Assembly (NCBI GenBank): GCA_965230945.1
Contig: OZ246397.1
Coordinates: forward strand, 504,284 to 537,924
Direction: 5' to 3'
From: an uncultured Gammaproteobacteria bacterium
GTDB taxonomy: Bacteria > Patescibacteriota > Microgenomatia > PFEM01 > JAPLYW01
DNA: 33,641 nt
Under the pieces are notes generated by a model. That model made no database searches, was not told the origin of the DNA, and saw only the letters and a program-made list of their open reading frames with translations. A program made the position numbers and the translations under genes. How positions within the stretch are numbered: the first letter of the stretch is position 1; every line of letters starts with the position of its first letter. Positions 1-8,737 of this stretch are shown here, piece after piece.

Positions 1-3000
1 GCCTAAATCTCCGTCATTGAGGTTATAGATTTTGGAAAGACCGCTGGTGGGGATTAAAGTTAAATTAGGGGTGCCAGAAATTGAAGCTATTCCTCCCATA
101 GTAAGATCATCAATATTGATTAAATCATTCGTGGCAAAAGAGACATTGCCGGAGGCGGCATCGATAGTAATATCCCCGGAACTGTTGTAAATCATTGATT
201 CGGAATTGTACAAAGCCAAAATGCCGTCTTTGTCCAAGGACATTTTTTCATTAGTATCGTTCCAAATCGAAAGAAGTTTAGCTCCGGCAGTGGTATAGGC
301 TGGCGTTATCAATTTAAAGCCAATAGCGTCAGCAGCGTCAGCCACAGTTGAAGTAAAGACACCAGAAGCTGTGGTTAACATACCAGTGGAGTCAATAGCT
401 AATTTTTGAGTGCCATTAACCGCCAGCTTTAACAGATTGCCAGAAAAACCTGTCTCAACATTAACCAATAAAGCATCTTCTCCTCCAGTTAAACCGCTAC
501 CCAAAAGGGTCGTTCCAACATTTTCAAGTCTAGCGCTGGGATTAGTTGTCCCGATTCCCACCAGGCCATCATCCCTCACAAACAAAGCCGAAACTCCATT
601 ATCTTGAATATCAAAATCGCCGCTGGATGAGAGGTTAATGATGGTATTGGCCGTGCCATTGTTATTGATAGTAAATGCATTATTACCTTGAGTAAGGGTA
701 GTGTCTTGAGTTAAAGTTCCCCCTAAAGAAACAACATTAAGAAGTCTGGTTAAACCGCTGGTAAAGGTTAAGGCATATTCGTAATCTGTTCCAGCAGTGG
801 CAATTGATAATTGTCCAGTTCCTTCCGCCGCTTTGATAATACCACCAGCGTTCAGGGTGGAGAAGGTGATGTCGCCGGAAGAAGTAATTCCCGTCGCCGC
901 GGCAATAGCACCAGAGGAGTTGACTTGGAACTGTGAGGATGAACCGACAGAAAGAGCGGCAAGAGGATTAGTGGTGCCAATTCCCACATTCCCATTGACA
1001 TACAAATCAGCGTTACCAGCATCAGCTGCCCCAATTGCCACATTATAATCAGTAGAGTCTGGGTAAAGATTATTGCCAGATAGCGTCCAGGGACCGCCGG
1101 AAGCAGAGATATCCACCCAGGAAGGATTCGCTCCTGCCCCTCCGGTTTGCAAAAGATAACCAGCGGTGTCTGGAGCTAAAGCGGCCATTGTTCCTGCCCC
1201 AGAAAAGTAAAGAATATTCCCTTGAGCCGTGGAACCAAAATTTTGGCCTGTTCCCCCATAGGTTGTTTCTAAGGTTCCCCAAGTCGGCGCTCCTGCCCCG
1301 GCGCTTAGCAAAGCCTGACCTGAAGTGCCAGCACTGGTAAAGGTTAAGGTATTAGAAGCTCCATAGCCGATTCCGCCAGCAGTAAAGTTGGAACCAACCA
1401 AAGAGGTGGTGGTGCCACTTCTTCCTAGGGTTAAACCTGTTTGGGTGGTCCCGCCGATGGTTAAAGTCCCGGCGGCGCGAGTGTCAATCGTCCCCCCGCC
1501 TTGAACCAAAAGATTACCGTTGACATCCAAAGCCGCCCCCGGAGTGGTTGTCCCAATTCCGACATTTCCACTCTCAAAGATGGCGGCGTAGTTGTTGGTG
1601 CCACCACTGGCAGCGGCATATAATCCCACATTAGTGGTTGAAGCCCCGGTTTTTGAGAAATAACCAGCGTAACCGGTGCCTGTCACCTCTCCAGTGTTGG
1701 TGACCGAAAGCCCGTGAGAGCCATCAGTGGTAGGATTGGTTTGGCTAAGGACCGAAATGTTTTCCGCCCACTGGCTGGCGGTGCTATTCCAGCGAAGGGT
1801 GGAGTTGTTGACTGTGCCCTGGGTTAATGACCCTCCGCCTCCGGCCAAATTCCAGCTGTCACCGTCCCACATCGCTGCCGTGGTATCACCGACTTTGACG
1901 GTGGAGCTGTAGAGGGTGAAGGTGGTGGTACCGGTATTGGAAAGATAGACCAGCCGACCGGCGGTAGTATCAGTGGGATCAGGGAGGGTGATGGTTTGTC
2001 CTGAGGTTGTTTGGGCCAGGTTGAAACTAGTATAGATGTCAACTGTGGTTGCGGCTGTCCCGATATCACCGCCACTGGCGAGATCGGCAATTGACAAAGT
2101 GCCAAAACGGGTTGAGGCATTAATTAGGGTATTGCTTCGTTGAACGGCAAAAAGATTGGTGTTGTTATTATCCCTAACAGCAAAAACTGAACCTGAACCG
2201 TCAAGGTCGACAAAGAAATTGGCATCAGTAGCCGTATCAGCCAAATTAAATTGAATATCCCGAGCGTTGGTGGTGGTAATGGTATTGCCGACATTGTAAG
2301 CTTCCTGAAGACCGCCGCCGACACTAGACCAGGAGCCGCTTTTATCATAATACAAAAGATTGTCTGAGGTGTTGTAAAGTAGAGCCCCTGTTCCCATTGA
2401 AGTCGGGGTGCCGTTGAATCTTCCCAGCTGAAGTTGACCGCCAAGACCTAAGTTGCCCGAGACTGTGGCGCTGCCGGTTATAGTGATAGTATCTGTAGAA
2501 GAATCGCCTAAAGTTGCCTCACCTTTGAGGTTTAAATTTTCATCTACTGTTAGGCTTTTGCCTAGGCGGAGGTTGCCGGCAAAGCGAGCATTTCCTGAAG
2601 AGATATACAAAGCATAGGCATCAGTGGTTCCTCCTTTTCGCGAAAGCGCGAGAGTGTCGTAACCAGAAGCAGTTTTCCCGGTTTCATCAAGAATCACGGT
2701 GGCACTATCAACACTGGCTGTAAGACCAGATTTTTTTATTTGAAAATAATCAGGGCCCCCTTGGTCAATCTTAAAAATACCCGAGTCCTGATAATAACCG
2801 CTAATACTGGAAAGCCGAGCGGCTTTTACGTTCCCTTGAGCATCGACGCTGAATTTGCTGGTTGGCGTTGAGCCAGAAGCTAATTCTAAAAGATTGTAAC
2901 CGGTGGTGTCAGAAGCCACCTCACCATAATACAAAGCGCCTTGGGTTAAATTAGCGTTTTGGGCATTGACAAAGTTTCCTTCATCTCCAGAAAAGATGAG

Positions 3001-3912
3001 ATTTAGCACTCCAGACCCATCAGGTGCTAAAGTAATGTTGCCATCCGAGCCAGTGGGGGTGATGAGGGTAATTGCTTCTCCTTCAAGAGCAATAGTTCCT
3101 TGAGTTGATTTAATTTTAGGCGATGAAGCCGCCAGCAGAAGATTACCCCCTTGAGTGAGGACGGGAACCATGTTACCTTCAGGCTCTTGCGAAGGAGGAA
3201 AACCACCAAGGTTTAAGGAATCCGAGACATGGGCGGCAGTGGAAAGGGGAGTTCGGGGGGTAAGAGTTTGATTGTCAACCACCACTTCCAGATAAAGTCT
3301 TTCATTTTGGAAGAAAAGCCGGGAAGGGAGTTCCTTATCGCCCCGGGTCGTGTCTCCCACTGGGGCTTGAAATTCGCCTTCGGGGTTGGGCTCCAGTTCC
3401 CAAGTTTTTGATTCCCATAAGGGCTCGTCCTCTTTTTCTTGACTGTAAATTTTAAAGATTATTTTGGCTTCTTCAGTAATTGGTTCACCGCCGGGACTTA
3501 GCAGTTTACCACGGAAATTGACAATCCAGGGAGAATAGGTGGCGATGGTTTGGGTGGTAATCTGACCAGGAAGAGGCAATTTGGGAGATATTTTAGGAAA
3601 AGAAGGAAAGAAACGGCGGGAAACAAGAAGAGCGAGGATGATAACTAAGGTAAAAGAAAAGCAAAGTTTGATAATTTTTGAAGCTACGATCCTGGATTGC
3701 AAACCTGAAATACCTCGGACGGTGGGACTCCTCCGAGGTGAAATCTCATTTTCCCCAAGATAGCCTTCCTTTTGGGCATAATCGCAAAATTTTCGAATTG
3801 AAGATAAACGCCGCTTGACGGTTGAATCAGAAAGATCAAGCTTTTTAAGATGTTCAAGGTAGGCATCGACTTTCTGTTTAGTTATTTGCTTTAAGATTGA
3901 TTTATGATTCAT
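1..3912 (-). CDS. Giant membrane-anchored fibre/adhesin-like protein, partial (C-terminus lies beyond the window start). N-terminal integrase-type SAM-like module, one TM helix, then more than 1200 aa of Gly/Thr/Ser/Asn-rich ectodomain
   Basis: Absent from the ORF track because no stop codon falls inside the window. I checked every plus-strand triplet in frame 1 from 1 to 3930 and found no tta/cta/tca (minus-strand stops). The first in-frame stop upstream is at 3931-3933 and the first ATG is at 3912-3910 (MNHKSILKQITKQKVDAYLEHLKKLDLSDSTVKRRLSSIRKFCDYAQKEGYL). TM helix LCFSFTLVIILALLVS lies at about 3619-3672. Three VGIGTT(T/N)P motifs occur near nt 1545-1575, 971-1000 and 541-570, and a YGGTG motif is present. 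Confidence 0.85.
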   Translation of the reverse strand, partial: MNHKSILKQITKQKVDAYLEHLKKLDLSDSTVKRRLSSIRKFCDYAQKEGYLGENEISPRRSPTVRGISGLQSRIVASKIIKLCFSFTLVIILALLVSRRFFPSFPKISPKLPLPGQITTQTIATYSPWIVNFRGKLLSPGGEPITEEAKIIFKIYSQEKEDEPLWESKTWELEPNPEGEFQAPVGDTTRGDKELPSRLFFQNERLYLEVVVDNQTLTPRTPLSTAAHVSDSLNLGGFPPSQEPEGNMVPVLTQGGNLLLAASSPKIKSTQGTIALEGEAITLITPTGSDGNITLAPDGSGVLNLIFSGDEGNFVNAQNANLTQGALYYGEVASDTTGYNLLELASGSTPTSKFSVDAQGNVKAARLSSISGYYQDSGIFKIDQGGPDYFQIKKSGLTASVDSATVILDETGKTASGYDTLALSRKGGTTDAYALYISSGNARFAGNLRLGKSLTVDENLNLKGEATLGDSSTDTITITGSATVSGNLGLGGQLQLGRFNGTPTSMGTGALLYNTSDNLLYYDKSGSWSSVGGGLQEAYNVGNTITTTNARDIQFNLADTATDANFFVDLDGSGSVFAVRDNNNTNLFAVQRSNTLINASTRFGTLSIADLASGGDIGTAATTVDIYTSFNLAQTTSGQTITLPDPTDTTAGRLVYLSNTGTTTFTLYSSTVKVGDTTAAMWDGDSWNLAGGGGSLTQGTVNNSTLRWNSTASQWAENISVLSQTNPTTDGSHGLSVTNTGEVTGTGYAGYFSKTGASTTNVGLYAAASGGTNNYAAIFESGNVGIGTTTPGAALDVNGNLLVQGGGTIDTRAAGTLTIGGTTQTGLTLGRSGTTTSLVGSNFTAGGIGYGASNTLTFTSAGTSGQALLSAGAGAPTWGTLETTYGGTGQNFGSTAQGNILYFSGAGTMAALAPDTAGYLLQTGGAGANPSWVDISASGGPWTLSGNNLYPDSTDYNVAIGAADAGNADLYVNGNVGIGTTNPLAALSVGSSSQFQVNSSGAIAAATGITSSGDITFSTLNAGGIIKAAEGTGQLSIATAGTDYEYALTFTSGLTRLLNVVSLGGTLTQDTTLTQGNNAFTINNNGTANTIINLSSSGDFDIQDNGVSALFVRDDGLVGIGTTNPSARLENVGTTLLGSGLTGGEDALLVNVETGFSGNLLKLAVNGTQKLAIDSTGMLTTASGVFTSTVADAADAIGFKLITPAYTTAGAKLLSIWNDTNEKMSLDKDGILALYNSESMIYNSSGDITIDAASGNVSFATNDLINIDDLTMGGIASISGTPNLTLIPTSGLSKIYNLNDGDLG

Positions 3913-4049
3913 AATTCGTAAATTTTTTAGCTATTGCTAAAAGGTGTATAATTAAACTGCGGGTTACTTAGTTGTTTTTGAATAAAAAACTTCTAAAAAC
4001 AAATTTTGGCTCCCCCCAGATTTGTTTGGTGGCCCGCACCAGCTATTTT

Positions 4050-4532
4050 TTAAGCTTCTTTTAACCAGCCCAAGAAATGTCTTAGGTCAGATAGGTAGTT
4101 TTTAATGGTAATGGGACTAATATTTTCTTCCACTAAGTTTTCTTTAAAATTTATAAGGATTTCCTTTTCTTTTTGTGCTTGTCCTAGGGGAGTTTTAATT
4201 GCTTCCTTATCCAGATTGGAAACTTCAAGGGCGGGATTATTATGGAGCCAACCCTGGCTTTGGATAAAAGAGCCAAATTTTCTTAAGGTTGAAAAACGTC
4301 GGTTGATGGTGGAAAGGGGAGTTTTCTCTTTGATTTGATCTTCCTTGTATTCGTTAATGGTTTCTTTGGTAAAAAGACCCAAGATGGCTTTACCAGCAAC
4401 TTGATATTTAATACCCGTTTTTTTATTTAGCCAGGTAAAGAAATTATTAATATCGGCAAGGTAATTTTTCCTTGTTACTGGAGAAATTTTTTGAGTTTTA
4501 AGATAGTTTTTAAAAAGGTCAGGCAGAAACAT
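4050..4532 (-). CDS. Small protein made of three integrase N-terminal SAM-like (core-binding) modules, with no catalytic domain
   Basis: 160-aa ORF with three repeats of the helix-pair signature: ISPVTRKNYLADINNFFTWL, PLSTINRRFSTLRKFGSFIQSQGWLHNNP and ISPITIKNYLSDLRHFLGWL. This is the pattern of the tyrosine-recombinase core-binding domain. The ORF is far too short to hold the R-H-R-Y catalytic domain. Confidence 0.7.
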   Translation of the reverse strand: MFLPDLFKNYLKTQKISPVTRKNYLADINNFFTWLNKKTGIKYQVAGKAILGLFTKETINEYKEDQIKEKTPLSTINRRFSTLRKFGSFIQSQGWLHNNPALEVSNLDKEAIKTPLGQAQKEKEILINFKENLVEENISPITIKNYLSDLRHFLGWLKEA

Positions 4533-4535
4533 AGT

Positions 4536-4652
4536 TTAAATAAAAAGCCAGAGAAAAACACTAAGGAAAATCAAAAGAGCAAAGCCAGCTTCGGCAACTT
4601 CACTTAGGTGATTTTGTTTTTCAAAGGTGTAGTTTTGGCTGTATTTAATCAT
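4536..4652 (-). CDS. Candidate 38-aa membrane peptide, first gene of the operon
   Basis: Hand-translated as MIKYSQNYTFEKQNHLSEVAEAGFALLIFLSVFLWLFI with a hydrophobic C-terminal helix. Its TAA stop (4536-4538) lies 3 nt before the ATG of the 4050-4532 gene, which suggests coupling. It is below the track's length cutoff and has no homology support. Confidence 0.3.
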   Translation of the reverse strand: MIKYSQNYTFEKQNHLSEVAEAGFALLIFLSVFLWLFI

Positions 4653-4702
4653 TTTTGTTTTTCCTGCGGTTAGTTAATCTCCGCAAAATTGTTTAGGTTT
4701 AA

Positions 4703-4728
4703 ATTATACATGATTATACAAAATTATA
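4703..4728 (-). promoter_or_regulatory. Three phased TATAAT boxes (minus strand) upstream of the small-ORF/SAM-like/giant-protein operon
   Basis: The minus strand reads ACTATAATTTTGTATAATCATGTATAATTT. TATAAT hexamers lie at 4703-4708, 4713-4718 and 4723-4728, spaced 10 nt apart and 50-75 nt upstream of the ATG at 4652. No clear -35 element was seen. Confidence 0.25.
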
Positions 4729-5503
4729 GTTCTCTTACTACTATAATAGAAATTTTTAGGTTCTGTCAAGAGGCCAATTTTGACCCGTCTGATGTAGTTA
4801 GACCAGGTTTAAAAGGACCTGTTTTTTCTCCGCATCTATGTTTTCATGCCCCTTTTCATTTATGTTAATTACCGCGAAAATGGCTAAAATGATATCTCAA
4901 AGTAAATCATAATAGATCATCTTTTAACCGAAGGCAACTCTCAGGAAAGCAAGGACTACATGATACAATATGATATATTAAGGTTTTTCTACGGTCTTGA
5001 TAACCTATAATAAATAGATAGGAATGATGATTAGGTTTGGGAAAAAGACCTTTAGTTATTTTTAAGAAAATATTTCTGATTTTTCTTTTCTCCTTTTTTC
5101 TTTTTTATGGTTTTTTTGACAAATTCCCTTATTTTTTCTATACAGTCCTAGAGTATTTTTATTAGTGTTTGAATTGGCAATTGGATGTTTAAGTGCTAGT
5201 ACTTTCAGGTGTTTAAAAAGCCCTTTATTTAGCGAAAAAACATTACTTATCTAAAAAGAAATCTATTTCTTAGGGGATAACTGCTTTTATTTTCTCTTTT
5301 GTCCTCTAGTAGTGCTTAAAACTGCTTGTTTAGAGCTTGTTTATAGGTAGAGAAGTAGAGAAGGATGATTTTGAGTTATTTTTTTAAGACATTTCGGTTT
5401 ATTGGCATTTAGAAGTGGAAATTGTTTAATAGGGGTTAATGGGAAGATAAAATATTTCAGCAAACACCAACAACAGAGGTTAAAAAATCAAGGAAGAGAT
5501 TTA

Positions 5504-6265
5504 TTACGGCTCTAGTTTTTCTCTTAATTGTTTTACTTTCTTTATGGTTGTCTTATCTATTTCTTCTTTAAGCTTTTTACCGCTCCTTAAAAGTTTATAA
5601 GCCCAGTCTCTAATTTTTAGCAGTCTGTCTTTTTGTCTGATGCTTAGATGGCCAACATCAGCCAGGAGTTGGCTGGTCTGGTCAAGAATTTCGGTTAATC
5701 CTTTTTTTAATTCCAAGCAGGTCCATAAAAGAATATCAGTTTCTTCCTTTTCAATTGATTCTTCCATAATTTCTTCTTCTTCCTCTAGGATCTTTATTTT
5801 TTCCTCATCCTTTAAGACTCTTAGGTATTGCTTGCCAAAGAACATGGCTACGGGAGTGACAAGGATTAAGGAAGACAGTTGAAGAAGCTCTTTTAAAGGC
5901 TCTTTTTCCGTAGGAGTAAACAAAAAGAAAAGCACTATGGTAATGGTTAAAGAAAAAGTGATGAGCGGTTCAAAAAGCAAAGCCAGTCCAAACATTAGAA
6001 AGTAAAGAAGAAAGAAAAGAGGTGAGTTTAAACCACCAGTGGAGATGACTAAAAGTAAAATGATCATCGTAAAGACAGCCGCATCAATGGTGCGGTTGAT
6101 TTTATGAGGATGGTGGCGGGCTATGATCTGATTGACAAAGAAGAAGACAAGGAAAACGGCCATTAACTGCAGGTTGTAATAGGAAAGTTGGGGATTATTA
6201 GTCCAAAAGAAAGCCAAGATAACAGCGAAAATCAAAAACAGACTATGGAGCAGGAATTTGGCCAT
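5504..6265 (-). CDS. Polytopic membrane protein with a charged coiled-coil C-terminal tail (sensor-like, no kinase domain)
   Basis: 253-aa ORF. It has about 5-6 hydrophobic segments, including STGGLNSPLFFLLYFLMFGLALLF. The tail is Glu/Lys-rich and helical (EEKIKILEEEEEIMEESIEKEE ... DVGHLSIRQKDRLLKIRDW). No recognisable catalytic motifs. Confidence 0.6.
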   Translation of the reverse strand: MAKFLLHSLFLIFAVILAFFWTNNPQLSYYNLQLMAVFLVFFFVNQIIARHHPHKINRTIDAAVFTMIILLLVISTGGLNSPLFFLLYFLMFGLALLFEPLITFSLTITIVLFFLFTPTEKEPLKELLQLSSLILVTPVAMFFGKQYLRVLKDEEKIKILEEEEEIMEESIEKEETDILLWTCLELKKGLTEILDQTSQLLADVGHLSIRQKDRLLKIRDWAYKLLRSGKKLKEEIDKTTIKKVKQLREKLEP

Positions 6266-6316
6266 TGCCTTAGTTTACAATAAAAACGAAATCAATTACA
6301 ATATTCAGTGGGACTT

Positions 6317-8737
6317 ATGAAATACTACTCACCTGATAAAATTGAAACTAAATGGCAGCAAAGATGGGCAAAGGAAAGTCTTTACAAGGCCGTTGATTTT
6401 TCCAAAAAGCCTAAAAAATATATTTTAGTGGAATTTCCTTATTCTTCAGGAGATGGTCTTCATGTCGGCCATTGTCGCAGTTATTCTGCCTTAGATGCTT
6501 TAGCAAGAAAAAAAAGAATGGAAGGTTTTAATGTTTTGTTCCCCATTGGCTGGGATGCTTTTGGATTGCCCACAGAAAACTATGCTATTAAAACAGGAAT
6601 TCACCCCCTTGAAGTAACCAAGAAGAATATTGCTAATTTTAAAAGACAGTGCCAAAGAATTGGTTTTTCTTTTGATTGGTCAAGAGAAGTTGATACCACT
6701 GATCCTGATTATTACAAGTGGACGCAGTGGATTTTTTTAAAGGTTTTTGAAAAAGGTTTAGCTTATCAGGATAAAATTCCCATTAGCTGGTGTCCTTCTT
6801 GCAAGATAAGTTTGGCCAATGAAGAGGTTATTGACGGCAAATGTGAGCGCTGTGGTGCTCAAACTAAAAGGGTAGAAAAGAAACAGTGGATGTTTAAAAT
6901 CACTGCTTATGCAGAACGACTTTTAAAAGATTTAGATAAGGTAAATTATCTTCCTAAAATTAAGGTTCAACAAATTAATTGGATTGGAAGAAGTGAGGGA
7001 GTAACAACTAAATTTAAATTAGAAAAACCTCAAAGAAAGATAAAAGAGATAGAGGTTTTTACTACTCGTGTTGACACTATTTTCGGAGTAACAGCCTTGG
7101 TAATAGCTCCAGAGCATTCGTTAATAACTAGTCTTTTAGAACAAAAAGATAATAAATTCCTCCTGAAAATTAAAAAATATGTGACTGAAGCCAAAAAGAA
7201 ATCTGAATTGGAAAGAACAGAGCTTTCTAAAGAAAAGACAGGTGTTTTTACTGGTCTTTATGTTTTAAATCCCTTGAACGGAGAAAAAGTTCCTCTTTGG
7301 GTAGGTGACTATGTGGTGGCTACTTATGGTGGAGGAGCCGTCATGGTCGTACCGGCTCATGATTATCGTGATTATGATTTTGCCAAAAAATATGAATTGG
7401 AAATTAGGGAAGTAATTTCCGGAGGAAATATCTCTAATGAAGCTTTTGTTGATTACGGTAAGTTGATTAATTCAGGTAAATTTAGCGGCTTGAGTTCTAA
7501 AGAAGCGGTTAAAGAAATAACGGCATACTTAATTAAAAATAAATTAGGTAAAAAGACAGTTGCTTATAAAATGAGAGATTGGGTTTTTTCCAGACAGCAT
7601 TATTGGGGAGAACCAATACCGATTATTCACTGTTCCAAATGTGGGATTGTTCCTGTTCCTGAAAAGGATCTGCCGGTTAAGCTTCCCTATGTCAAGAGGT
7701 ATAAACCAACAGATACGGGTGAATCACCCCTGGCTGTTATTAAAGATTGGGTTAATACTACCTGTCCGAAATGTGGGGGAGAAGCTAAAAGAGAAACAGA
7801 TACCATGCCTAACTGGGCGGGGTCTAATTGGTATTTCTTACGCTATCTTGATCCTCATAATGATCAGGAATTGGCTTCTAAAAAGAAGATTGACTATTGG
7901 ATGCCAATAGATCTTTACAATGGTGGTATGGAGCATACCACCTTGCATCTTTTATATTCCCGCTTTATTTATAAAGTTTTGTTTGATTTTGGTTATGTTA
8001 ATAGTTCTGAGCCTTATGCTCGTCGTCATTCTCATGGTATGGTTTTGGCTGAAGATGGCCGCAAGATGAGTAAAAGTCTTGGTAATTCGGTAAGCCCTAA
8101 TGATATTGTCAATAAGTTTGGAGCCGACACACTGAGAGTTTATGAAATGTTTATGGGGCCTTTCGAGCAGTCGATTGACTGGAGTAATGAAGGAGTAGGA
8201 GGTTGTTATCGTTTCTTAAGCAGGGTTTGGCGATTAGCTAAAAATAATCTTAGTAAAGAAAAAACGCCCCAAGATTTAACCAACAAACTGCATCAAACTA
8301 TAAAGAAAGTGGGCAGTGATTTAGAAAAAATGAAATTTAATACAGCTGTCGCTTTTATGATGGAATTTATTAATGAATGGAGTGAGAATTATTTAAATAA
8401 AAGAGAAGCAGAGTTGTTTGTTAAAGTTTTAGCTCCTTTTGCTCCTTTTTTAGCTGAAGAAATTTGGTGTGAAGTTTTTAAAAACGAGTTTTCAATTCAT
8501 CAGCAACCATGGCCTGAGTATGATAAAAAACTTCTCAAGCAGGAAGAGGTGACCATTATTATTCAGATCAATGGCAGAATGAGAGGCCAGCTTAAGCTGG
8601 AAAGTAATGATTCTCGATTAGAAGATAAAGTTAAAGAGTTTGCTAAGAAAGAAGGAAAAATTGCTGGGTATTTAAAGGGAAAGAAGATTAAAAAAGTAGT
8701 TTTTGTTCCTGGCAGGATCATTAATTTTGTTCTTTAG
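6317..8737 (+). CDS. leuS: Leucyl-tRNA synthetase
   Basis: Class I HIGH-type motif GLHVGHCRSY, the KMSKS motif (GRKMSKSLGN), a CP1/zinc region (CPSCK...CERCG), and typical length. The track starts at GTG 6308; ATG 6317 (MKYYSPDKIETKWQQRW) is the more conventional N-terminus. Confidence 0.97.
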   Translation: MKYYSPDKIETKWQQRWAKESLYKAVDFSKKPKKYILVEFPYSSGDGLHVGHCRSYSALDALARKKRMEGFNVLFPIGWDAFGLPTENYAIKTGIHPLEVTKKNIANFKRQCQRIGFSFDWSREVDTTDPDYYKWTQWIFLKVFEKGLAYQDKIPISWCPSCKISLANEEVIDGKCERCGAQTKRVEKKQWMFKITAYAERLLKDLDKVNYLPKIKVQQINWIGRSEGVTTKFKLEKPQRKIKEIEVFTTRVDTIFGVTALVIAPEHSLITSLLEQKDNKFLLKIKKYVTEAKKKSELERTELSKEKTGVFTGLYVLNPLNGEKVPLWVGDYVVATYGGGAVMVVPAHDYRDYDFAKKYELEIREVISGGNISNEAFVDYGKLINSGKFSGLSSKEAVKEITAYLIKNKLGKKTVAYKMRDWVFSRQHYWGEPIPIIHCSKCGIVPVPEKDLPVKLPYVKRYKPTDTGESPLAVIKDWVNTTCPKCGGEAKRETDTMPNWAGSNWYFLRYLDPHNDQELASKKKIDYWMPIDLYNGGMEHTTLHLLYSRFIYKVLFDFGYVNSSEPYARRHSHGMVLAEDGRKMSKSLGNSVSPNDIVNKFGADTLRVYEMFMGPFEQSIDWSNEGVGGCYRFLSRVWRLAKNNLSKEKTPQDLTNKLHQTIKKVGSDLEKMKFNTAVAFMMEFINEWSENYLNKREAELFVKVLAPFAPFLAEEIWCEVFKNEFSIHQQPWPEYDKKLLKQEEVTIIIQINGRMRGQLKLESNDSRLEDKVKEFAKKEGKIAGYLKGKKIKKVVFVPGRIINFVL

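Noticed and set aside
1-3912. The ORF track shows only short ORFs across nearly 4 kb, which suggested either non-coding DNA or an alternative genetic code (for example UGA recoding).
   Set aside because: A single standard-code ORF on the minus strand is uninterrupted from 3912 to position 1; I checked all 1304 codons. The track omits ORFs lacking an in-window stop. All listed ORFs here (410-607, 797-1048, 852-1043, 1070-1282, 1727-1912, 1824-2120, 2124-2444, 3027-3209, 3229-3411, 3581-3763, 3684-3866) are out-of-frame shadows.
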